Origin: Promethearchaeota archaeon
GTDB taxonomy: Archaea > Asgardarchaeota > Lokiarchaeia > Sigyniarchaeales > SOKP01
Direction: 5' to 3'
Assembly (NCBI GenBank): GCA_048938025.1
Contig: JBHLMP010000004.1
Coordinates: 32,001 to 96,000 of the forward strand
DNA: 64,000 bases
Shown: piece after piece, positions 18,558-27,538 of the stretch
How the letters are laid out: each line of letters begins with the position of its first letter
Numbering within the stretch: the first letter of the stretch is position 1
Translations under genes and position numbers: made by a program
Notes under the pieces: generated by a model
The model's input: only the letters and a program-made list of their open reading frames with translations
Told to the model about the DNA's origin: nothing
Database searches by the model: none

Positions 18558-21497
18558 ATGATTAAAGATCTCTCTGAGACCAAAGCTGATTTGACTTGTG
18601 AAGAATGTGGTGAACCAATAAAACATAATCAAATAGACAATAAACCTATATATTGTGAATTTTGTGGTGCTCAATATAGCTCTGTAGATTTGCGACATCC
18701 AGAAATATCACAACCGGAACAGGAAAGAATAAGATTTTCTTATACTACTGAAGAATTAAGCCAAGCAATTAGAAATCTTACCTATCAGAAAATTTATGAA
18801 TTGCTGAAAGCTAATTTTTCAATCATCAGCCGTTTAAAGGACCAAGAGGATCTTAAACAATCGCAAATATTAAAACTGGCTAAAAAATTACGAAGAGCAT
18901 TATTATTTCTTTCCCTTCCTTCCAACAATACTGAGTTGCTGACTAAGACCTCAAAGAAAAAGATTGAAAATTTTTTTGAGGACTTCCAAGCAAATTTAAA
19001 AAAAAAGAGAAAAAAGCAATCCAATTATGTGCCTTATTTGACGAAAAATATCAAATTCATTTATAGATTAATCAAGGGAGATTTTGAATTCTCAACTCTT
19101 GCTAAATATAATCAGAAAGCGGTGAATAAATTAAAAACCAAATTTGGGTTTAAAATCAATGCTAAAACTAAAAACGCATTCTCTTACTATTTATCAATAC
19201 TCCTGTGTAGAAAAATATATAAAATTATAACAACTCAGGGGCAGATCTTAGATTTAAAACATAGTAGAAATGAATTAACTAAGCAATATACATTAAACAC
19301 TGCTAAAGATATAACTGCATTAGTTTTAAACAATTACTTCAAGGGAAATTTCTCAAAAGCATATAGAAAATTAAAAATGGAGCTCGAGATCGATTGGGTT
19401 TACCGTGAAAGCTTTATTGACCATGTCCGCTCATTAATAAAACTGGTCTATAAATTAGCATATAACAACGGCTATACCTCTAGACTTGGAGGATTTCAAA
19501 AATTATTTGCTGAAGATTTAAAAGAAAGTAGGTTTTTTGAAGATGACACTATTTTTTCACCCTATTTTAAAGTGAATTTAACTCTGATTCTAAGCAGAAT
19601 TATTCACTGTATTCTTAATTCATCCCAAAATTTAACTCCACTACAATCTGACCCCAGAAAATTAAATCCTACTGATAACCTAAGATCGGCAAATGAGATT
19701 TTAGATGAACTTCTTGCAGATAAAAAAATTAAATCAGAATTTTTAAAGGAGTTTTATAACCTCTCTTTAGAAGAATTTCAAAAAGAATATGAGAATTTAC
19801 TAGCCAAATTAAAATCTGATATGCTCTATAAAGAAAACTTTCTATCATTCCTACAAAAACTTATAAATTCTGTTTACAAAATTACACACATCAAAAGTAA
19901 AAAATCGAATCATTCGAAAATAGAATTGGGAATTATCAAAGATCTGGCTAATTATAACTTTAATTGGGAGTCACTCAAAAAAGAAAAATCATGTTTCTAC
20001 TCAGAGGAAAAAGATAAAAGATATGATATATTTACAACAGAGATTCCAGAAAATAGTCTATTGTGGCGAGTAAGGGCTTATGTTATTGGATTCTTATTAT
20101 CAGATGGTTCAATAAGATATAATCCCTATGAAGTCGCAGCTTCTCAAAATTTAAAAGATAGAGACATACTAGATAATATTAAAAAAGCTTTAGGCGGAGA
20201 TATTCAAGGACCTGACAAAAAAAGTAAGTACTATTGGAGTGTATATAATAAAAGTTTAGTACTAACATTGAAGAAATATGGAATGGTCAAAGCACACTCA
20301 AAAGAACATATCGCAAAGAATCTAGTACCGCCTGATTTTATAACATTGATGATTAATGGAAAGTCAATATTGAGAGACTTTATTAGAGGATTTTATGATG
20401 GGGATGGTTGGATAACTGGTTCTTTTATAAGAGGTGATACTGGTTTCAAAATATTGGGTCCAGAAAAATTTTTAACAATAATACAAGAAATGATTTCAAT
20501 AGATGTTCCAGATATAAAATCATATATTACACCAGAAAGAAAACAATATTTTTTTATTAACAATAAGAAGTACCTTCTTTTTACTAAATCAAAAATATAT
20601 AAGAAAGGATACGGTTTTTATAAGCTCTCAACTGAAGAAAAAAAGAAAGGAGAAATAAAGATTTTGGATCATCCTTGGTTAAAGATTCTTCACTTCTCGG
20701 GAAACTTAAATGCTACTAAATTCTTTAACTGGTTATATGAGGATAATGACAAATTTGATCAATATGAGATTAATGGTATAAAAATTTGTGGTACAAGGAA
20801 GTTTAGAAAGGCTATTTCTATATTAGGAGATAAAAAGAAAAGAAAAGAAAGATTAGCTCCTGATTGGAAAGATACTATGACAGAAATTATACCCAAATTA
20901 AAAGCACGATTTTATAAAATAACAGAATTAAGAGATTTAACAAATGATTTACTTCTTGAAGAATTAAGGTCCTTAGGATTAGAACATCTATATGATGGAC
21001 AAAAAGCTAAAAATATGGATAAATTTCGAGAAAGATTAAAGTTTTTTGAATATCTAGATAATTTATTAGGACATTATAAAAAATCAAACATAAATTATTA
21101 TTTCAGTAAAATAAATCCTCCATCGATAATCCCTAAAGATTTTAAGAGAAGTATCTATTTGATTAAAAACGGAGATATTCGTAAAAACATTAAAAGCTTC
21201 ATAATTTATGTCCTTCTTTTGAAAGATAATCCCATGAAATTTGATGAAATTCTAAAAGAACTCAAGAAATCAAAAATTTTCGATAAGAACACTCTATATA
21301 TCAAGAATATTATAATAAATATCGTTGAATTAATATCATTTGAAATTATTTTTATCGAAGAACTTAAAAAACCAAGATTTATATTTAAGAATTTTAAAGA
21401 TCAAGATTTATATTTAAATATTTCAAGATTAAAAGTAATTTTAGGAATAGATTTAAAAGAGATTAAATTAAAACTAAAAAAACTATATTATAAATGA
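18558..21497 (+). CDS. Large free-standing double-motif LAGLIDADG protein with N-terminal zinc ribbon
   Basis: CEECG...CEFCG; AYVIGFLLSDG (~20076-20108) and DFIRGFYDGDG (~20376-20408). Confidence 0.8.
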   Translation: MIKDLSETKADLTCEECGEPIKHNQIDNKPIYCEFCGAQYSSVDLRHPEISQPEQERIRFSYTTEELSQAIRNLTYQKIYELLKANFSIISRLKDQEDLKQSQILKLAKKLRRALLFLSLPSNNTELLTKTSKKKIENFFEDFQANLKKKRKKQSNYVPYLTKNIKFIYRLIKGDFEFSTLAKYNQKAVNKLKTKFGFKINAKTKNAFSYYLSILLCRKIYKIITTQGQILDLKHSRNELTKQYTLNTAKDITALVLNNYFKGNFSKAYRKLKMELEIDWVYRESFIDHVRSLIKLVYKLAYNNGYTSRLGGFQKLFAEDLKESRFFEDDTIFSPYFKVNLTLILSRIIHCILNSSQNLTPLQSDPRKLNPTDNLRSANEILDELLADKKIKSEFLKEFYNLSLEEFQKEYENLLAKLKSDMLYKENFLSFLQKLINSVYKITHIKSKKSNHSKIELGIIKDLANYNFNWESLKKEKSCFYSEEKDKRYDIFTTEIPENSLLWRVRAYVIGFLLSDGSIRYNPYEVAASQNLKDRDILDNIKKALGGDIQGPDKKSKYYWSVYNKSLVLTLKKYGMVKAHSKEHIAKNLVPPDFITLMINGKSILRDFIRGFYDGDGWITGSFIRGDTGFKILGPEKFLTIIQEMISIDVPDIKSYITPERKQYFFINNKKYLLFTKSKIYKKGYGFYKLSTEEKKKGEIKILDHPWLKILHFSGNLNATKFFNWLYEDNDKFDQYEINGIKICGTRKFRKAISILGDKKKRKERLAPDWKDTMTEIIPKLKARFYKITELRDLTNDLLLEELRSLGLEHLYDGQKAKNMDKFRERLKFFEYLDNLLGHYKKSNINYYFSKINPPSIIPKDFKRSIYLIKNGDIRKNIKSFIIYVLLLKDNPMKFDEILKELKKSKIFDKNTLYIKNIIINIVELISFEIIFIEELKKPRFIFKNFKDQDLYLNISRLKVILGIDLKEIKLKLKKLYYK

Positions 21498-21535
21498 TAA
21501 TTTGAAAAAAAAAAGTGTAAAAAATTAATTAAATA

Positions 21536-23548
21536 TTAACCAATTTCAATATCCATCTTTTTACGTTCTTCAAGTAGCTTTTCAACAACAGAAGGATCTG
21601 CTAACGTTGTAACGTTTCCGATTTCTGTTCCAGAAGCTATAGCTTTTAAGATTCTCCGCATTATCTTGCCACTTCGCGTCTTAGGTAAATCATCGGCAAA
21701 TTGAATCACATCTGGCTGAAATACAGGACCGATCTCCTGTCTTACATGCATTCTTATCTCTTTCGATAACTTAGCTGATTTTTCGACTCCTTGGATTAAG
21801 GTTATAAATGCCCAAATTGCTTGTCCTTTGATTTTATGCGGAAATGGAGCTACAGCTGCTTCAGCAACCTTTGGATGGCTTACAAGAGCAGATTCTACTT
21901 CCATAGTTCCAATTCGATGACCTGAGACTTTAATGACATCATCTAATCGCCCAAGAATCCAATAATAACCATCTTCATCTCGTCGTGCTCCATCACCAGT
22001 ATAATAGTATCCTGGATACTTTTCAAGATATGTTGATTTAAATCTCTCTGTATCTCCCCAAACGTCTCTTAACATTCCTGGCCAAGGTTGTGCCATGGCA
22101 AAATACCCACCTTCATTTGGTTCTGTAATTTCGTCCCCTTCTAAATCGAAAATGACTGGTTTAATCCCTAAAAAGGGAAAACAACATGATCCTGGTTTTG
22201 TGGGTGTTGCTGTAGCAATTGGTGTCATTATAAAACCCCCTGTCTCTGTTAACCAATGTACGCGTTATGCGTCCATTTTTTGCCAGTAAGTATCAACTAT
22301 TGGGGCTTTACCTTTTCCAACGACTTTATGGTACCAGGTCCAAGCTTCGGGATTTATTGGCTCTCCAACAGTTCCTAATACTTTTAATGAACTTAAATCA
22401 TGCTTCTTAACTGGTTCATCACCATATCTCATCAAGGCGCGAATTGCTGTGGGAGCTGTATAGAAATGAGTTACTTTATTATGTTCTACAATATCCCAGA
22501 ATCTATCTACATCAGGATATGTTGGAACTCCCTCAAACATTAATGTAGTTGCACCATTAGCTAAAGGTCCATATACAATATAGGAGTGACCGGTAATCCA
22601 GCCGATATCTGCAGTACAGTACCAAATATCACTTTCATGGTAATTAAATACGATTTTATGTGTAAGCGACGTATATAATATATAACCTGCTGTTGTATGT
22701 TTAACACCTTTTGGTTTTCCAGTTGTTCCACTTGTATATAATATAAATAAAGTATCCTCAGAATCCATTGCTTCAGGTTCGCATTCATCGCTCATCCCTT
22801 CAATAAAATCATGATACCAAATGTCTTTATTAGTGTGGGGAACTTCTCTTCCGGAACGTTTTACTACTATGACATGCTCTATTGTTGGAACATCATCAAT
22901 AATTTGAACAACATCTGATATTTTTGGATAAAATTTCCCTGCTCTTAATGTTTCATCGCTTGTGAATAAGAGTCGTGAGTCAGAATCATCGATTCGATCC
23001 TTTACAGCTTCTTTTGAGAAACCACCAAAAACTATAGAATGAATAACTCCAAGGCGAGCACAAGCAAGCATTATTATTGCTAATTCAGGAACCATAGGTA
23101 ACCAAATGGTTACACGATCTCCCTTTTTCAAACCAAGTTTTTTCATACCATTGGCAACTTTATTGACTTCTTTTAATAATTCAGTGTAAGTATAAGTTTT
23201 AACATGTCCAGGTTCATCAGCTTCCCAAATAAGAGCCACTGTATCGCCTTTTCCAGCTTTTATGTGCCTATCTAAACTGTTATAAGCAACATTTAGTTTT
23301 CCTCCGACAAACCATTTACCAGGAAACAATTCTGTTTTTTCCCATACTTTTTTATAAGGCTCGAACCAGTCCAGAGATTTAGCTTGTTCATCCCAGAAAC
23401 CTTCCATATCTTCGATTGATTGTTTGTAAAGTTTTTTATATTCTTCTAAAGATATACCTGTTTTAGCAAATTTCTTGTTTAACTTAACAGGATCGAAAAT
23501 ACGTGTTTCAGTAAGAATACTTTCCATCTTTTTGTCTTTTTCAGACAT
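21536..23548 (-). CDS. acs: Acetyl-CoA synthetase (AMP-forming), interrupted by a 30-nt in-frame insertion; 660 aa if excised
   Basis: YTSGTTGKPKG, TADIGWITGHSY, VGEPINPEAW, TGDGA, LPKTRSGKIMRR; ORFs 22265-23548 and 21536-22228 are in the same frame. Confidence 0.95.
22249..22278 (-). other. Candidate bulge-helix-bulge mRNA intron (30 nt)
   Basis: mRNA ...UACUGGCAAA|AAAUGGACGCAUAACGCGUACAUUGGUUAA|CAGAGACA...; removal restores DTYWQTETGG; internal stem AAUGGACGC/GCGUACAUU. Confidence 0.65.
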
Positions 23549-23824
23549 ACCATTTCACTTCTTTGAATTTTATTATATTTGAATTATTTTATGTTATAAT
23601 TTTTGTTAATACATTAAAAATTTTAAAGATTCATATTCAGTCTCATCGTATTTAAAATTATCATTTTAATAAGACGAGAATAAGTCAAAAAATAGATATA
23701 TTAAATCATTTTTAAACATTTTATTTATAATTTCAAAAAAATTATATGGATAAAAGAGTATATAATAAAACTATTCAATATAATTTTAATAAAATAAAAT
23801 CTATTTTTAGCGTGAGTATTAAAA

Positions 23825-25735
23825 ATGAAAAAGTTAGATTTTCCAGACAATGATTGGAGAAAGAAATGGATAGAGAAAGAGATCACAGCAGAAGAAGCAG
23901 TTAGAAAAATTATCCCAGGGAATAGAGTATTCATAGATTCAGGGTGTGCAGAACCACAGTTATTAACTACAGAATTAATTAAACATTCAGAAACGTTGAT
24001 CGATACTGAAATTCTCCATTTTTTAACAATAGGTCCTGAAAAATATTTCAAAGATAAAGCTGAAGATCTTTTCCGGCATAATGCATTTTTTATTGGAAAA
24101 ACTCTTCGTGAGGAAATAAATAAAGGACAAGCAGATTATACTCCGATTTATGCTAGTGAAATTCCATCTTTATTTGTGACAGGAAGAAAACATATTGATG
24201 TAGCTCTTATACAGATTACACCACCAGATCCTTATGGTTTTTGTTCTTTTGGAATTAATGTTGATATAGCAAAACCAATAGCAAAATCATCTTATATAAC
24301 AATTGCAGAAATTAATCCCCAAATGCCAAGAACGTTAGGCAACAGCTTTATTCATATGAAAGAAATTGATTATTATGTTTATAATGATGTTCCATTATTA
24401 GAATTTCATTTTGATGAACCGGATGAAATTGCTAAAAGAATAGGACAGAATCTAGCAAATTTAATCGAAAATAAATCAACAATTCATGTTGGTTTTGGTG
24501 ATTTGCCAAATGCTGCTTTAAAATTTTTAGGTGAAAAAAAAGATTTAGGAATGCATTCGCATTATATTACAGACAATATAATACCTCTTATTGAAGAAGG
24601 TGTTTTAACATGTAGGAAAAAGAATTTTCACCCAGAAAAAATTTTAACCAGCTATGCTTTAGGGACTAAGAAATTATATGATTTTGTTAACAATAATCCC
24701 TATCTTGAGTTTTATCCCTCTGATTATGTTTGTAATCCTAGATTTATTGGAATGAATAAAAAATTGGTGTCAATAAATTCTGCTCGCCAAATTGATCTAA
24801 CTGGACAAGTAAATGCTTCTACAGAAGGATATCGATTTTATTCTGGACTTGGTGAAACTATTGATTTTATGAGAGGAGCCGCTTTTTCTAAAGGGGGTAA
24901 ACCGGTTATAATTATACCATCAACATCTAGAGATGGCAAAAAATCAAGAATAGTATCTCATTTAGATGAAGGGGCAGGGATAATGTTATCTCGAGGAGAT
25001 GTGCATTATGTAGTAACCGAATGGGGTGTTGCTTATCTCCATGGCAAATCAATTAGAGAAAGAGTACTTGAATTGATTTGTATTGCCCATCCACAATTCC
25101 GTCAATCACTATTAGACGAGGCTAAAAAACTAAATTATGTATATTCTGACCAAGTACTTCCATGTGATGATAATGGGAATATTTGTCTTTATCCCTTTCA
25201 ATATGTAACTATTTATGAAACACACGATAAACAAAAGATTAGAATACGTCCTGTTAAAACTACTGATGAACCATTATTAAGAGATTTGTATTACTCATTG
25301 AGTGAGAGGGATAGATATTTAAGGTTTTTTGAGTTGAAAAAAGAATTTACTCATTCTAAAACTCAATTTGAAGTAAATATTGATTATAACAATGTTTTTT
25401 CCATTGGAGCATTTACAGGAGAAATTGGAAATGAAAAGATGATAGGAAATGCTACTTATTATTTAAATCCTAAATTAAATATGGGAGAGTATAGTTTCCT
25501 TGTGAGAGATGATTATAGAGGCAAAGGAATTGGTGGATTTCTCTATCAACAAATAATCATTATCGCAAAAGAAAGAGGATTAAAAGGACTTTATGGAAAT
25601 ATTCATATTCAAAATAAAAGTGCTGTCAGAATAATTAGAACAGGTGGATATACTAGAATTACTCCTCCAGGAAATCTTGATGGAAAAGAACTGTTCTATG
25701 AAGTCTTTTTTGATAAAGAGGATTCAACAAATTGA
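23825..25735 (+). CDS. Acetyl-CoA hydrolase/CoA-transferase family domain fused to GNAT acetyltransferase
   Basis: GCAEP, EINPQMPRTLG, QIDLTGQV, DFMRGA, DVHYVVTEWGVA; C-terminal IRIRP...RYLRFF and YRGKGIG. Confidence 0.9.
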   Translation: MKKLDFPDNDWRKKWIEKEITAEEAVRKIIPGNRVFIDSGCAEPQLLTTELIKHSETLIDTEILHFLTIGPEKYFKDKAEDLFRHNAFFIGKTLREEINKGQADYTPIYASEIPSLFVTGRKHIDVALIQITPPDPYGFCSFGINVDIAKPIAKSSYITIAEINPQMPRTLGNSFIHMKEIDYYVYNDVPLLEFHFDEPDEIAKRIGQNLANLIENKSTIHVGFGDLPNAALKFLGEKKDLGMHSHYITDNIIPLIEEGVLTCRKKNFHPEKILTSYALGTKKLYDFVNNNPYLEFYPSDYVCNPRFIGMNKKLVSINSARQIDLTGQVNASTEGYRFYSGLGETIDFMRGAAFSKGGKPVIIIPSTSRDGKKSRIVSHLDEGAGIMLSRGDVHYVVTEWGVAYLHGKSIRERVLELICIAHPQFRQSLLDEAKKLNYVYSDQVLPCDDNGNICLYPFQYVTIYETHDKQKIRIRPVKTTDEPLLRDLYYSLSERDRYLRFFELKKEFTHSKTQFEVNIDYNNVFSIGAFTGEIGNEKMIGNATYYLNPKLNMGEYSFLVRDDYRGKGIGGFLYQQIIIIAKERGLKGLYGNIHIQNKSAVRIIRTGGYTRITPPGNLDGKELFYEVFFDKEDSTN

Positions 25736-25931
25736 TTAATCAGTTAAGATAACCCAAGAAAACTTCCAAAGGGCTTTTTTATAAAGGATTGAATAGATTG
25801 AACCTTATCTAAATTGCTTCACTTCATTTCTAAAAAGCAATCTTTATTACTCGAGATTTCAATTATTACAAGTAAAAAAAGCACAGTTGTTATCACCAAG
25901 AATTATTTTATGAAGTCTTTTTTGATAAAGA
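25697..25931 (+). repeat. Duplicated 3' end of the CoA-transferase-GNAT gene
   Basis: Exact 23-mer tatgaagtcttttttgataaaga at 25697-25719 and 25909-25931; ELFYEVFFDKEDSTN* vs ELFYEVFFDKENSME*. Confidence 0.85.
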
Positions 25932-25996
25932 AAATTCCATGGAATAAATAAACAATATTTTTATCTTTCTTCTTTAATTATCAATTTTGTTGATTT

Positions 25997-26800
25997 ATGA
26001 GATTTAAATTTACAGATTTTCATGTTCACACAAGAGATTGGAGTATAGATGTAGCAGACGATGGTCCTGCTTTTGAAGATTATATAAAAGTGGCTGAAAA
26101 GCACCGAATTAATGTCTGTTTTCTTGATCATTATGAGCTTTATTACATAGAAAATGATAAGACCAATCCGTTTTATGGTGGTAAAATAGATGATTATCTT
26201 GAAGAGATTGATAACTTTAAAGAAACATATGATTTTATACTCAGCGGTTTAGAAGTTGAATATTATGAGGATAAAGAGATTCAACTACTTGAATTAATGG
26301 ATGATTATAGGAAAGAACTTGATTTTATTGGAGGATCTATTCACGAATGGATCATTGGTTATCCAATTACAACAAAAGAGGGTTTAACAGGCTTACTAGA
26401 AAAAAAGCCAATTAAACAAATTATTGATGAATATTTTAGGATTAGTGAAAAAATGATAAATTCGAATATTTTTAAGAATATCTGTCACATTGATACTATT
26501 TTTCGTTATATTAATAATAATGATTTAATACCTACAGATGATTGTGACGTTTCTGATAGTCGAATAATAAATTTAGGTCGTTTATGTATAAAAAATAGAA
26601 TTAAGATAGAATTGAACTTATCTGGATTGAGGTTTCCAATAAATAGGACGTTTCCTTCCTTGCATGTTGTGAAAAAATTAAAGAATGAGGGAGGAGAATT
26701 TTTTGTAGGATCTGATTCACATTCAATTGAATATTTCAAAAAACAAATTCCAGAAGTACAGAAAGCTTACAATTTTTTAAATTTAATTCATAAAAATTAA
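25997..26800 (+). CDS. PHP-family phosphatase (histidinol-phosphatase-like)
   Basis: DFHVHT, LDHY, GLEVEY, GSIH, CHID, GSDSH. Confidence 0.85.
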   Translation: MRFKFTDFHVHTRDWSIDVADDGPAFEDYIKVAEKHRINVCFLDHYELYYIENDKTNPFYGGKIDDYLEEIDNFKETYDFILSGLEVEYYEDKEIQLLELMDDYRKELDFIGGSIHEWIIGYPITTKEGLTGLLEKKPIKQIIDEYFRISEKMINSNIFKNICHIDTIFRYINNNDLIPTDDCDVSDSRIINLGRLCIKNRIKIELNLSGLRFPINRTFPSLHVVKKLKNEGGEFFVGSDSHSIEYFKKQIPEVQKAYNFLNLIHKN

Positions 26801-26812
26801 ATTATTATTAGC

Positions 26813-27529
26813 ATGGAATCAAACGAATTTATAGCAAGAGTGGATAAATGGGATCAAAAAATCATTCTGAAATATAATGGAATAGGAGGAAAAGCATTTA
26901 CATATGTATTAAAACCAATTTCATTTCTTGGGAGAGAAACGGTATGGATTTCTTTAATCGCATTTTATTTATTAATATGGTACGATCCGTTTTTATTTTC
27001 TCATTTTTCTGCTATATTCTTAAATGGATTTATTTTAATATTCTCAATTAAGAATATTGTTAAAAGATCAAGACCATTTGACAGATTTAATGAAAATAAA
27101 TTACAAGTGTTAGAACGTAAGCCAGTCTCCAAGAGTTTTCCTTCTTGGCATTCGTATAATGTTGTTGCTTATGGGTTATTATTTGGCTTTTTACTAAATT
27201 CACTTTTGTTGATGATTGTTATGTTATGTATTGCTGTGGTAGTATCTTTTTCAAGAATTCAAATAGGAGTACACTACCCTACTGATGTAATTTTTGGTTA
27301 TTTTCTGGGAATTATTGGTTTTATTTTAGCAATCTATATCGTTTCCCCATTATTAAATATGCTTATAATATATTTAGAACAGTTTATTAAACAAGAAATT
27401 CAATACCAACAAATTAATACAATGTTAATTAAAAACTTCTGGTATCTATTTTTATGTGTTGGTATTTTTTTAGGGATATTTTTATTAGCCATATCACGAG
27501 TGATTAAAGAATATATTAAAAAAAAATAA
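26813..27529 (+). CDS. PAP2-family membrane phosphatase
   Basis: KNIVKRSRP, SFPSWHS, SRIQIGVHYPTDV. Confidence 0.9.
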   Translation: MESNEFIARVDKWDQKIILKYNGIGGKAFTYVLKPISFLGRETVWISLIAFYLLIWYDPFLFSHFSAIFLNGFILIFSIKNIVKRSRPFDRFNENKLQVLERKPVSKSFPSWHSYNVVAYGLLFGFLLNSLLLMIVMLCIAVVVSFSRIQIGVHYPTDVIFGYFLGIIGFILAIYIVSPLLNMLIIYLEQFIKQEIQYQQINTMLIKNFWYLFLCVGIFLGIFLLAISRVIKEYIKKK

Positions 27530-27538
27530 TATGCGTAT

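Noticed and set aside
20070-20420. Intein-encoded LAGLIDADG
   Set aside because: No recognisable intein N-terminal block or His-Asn/Cys-Ser-Thr junction, and no identifiable host protein around it.
22265-22267. Stop-codon readthrough (Sec/Pyl) or frameshift as explanation for the split acs
   Set aside because: The stop is TAA, both halves are in the same frame, and readthrough would leave 10 extra residues inside the conserved WQTETGG motif.
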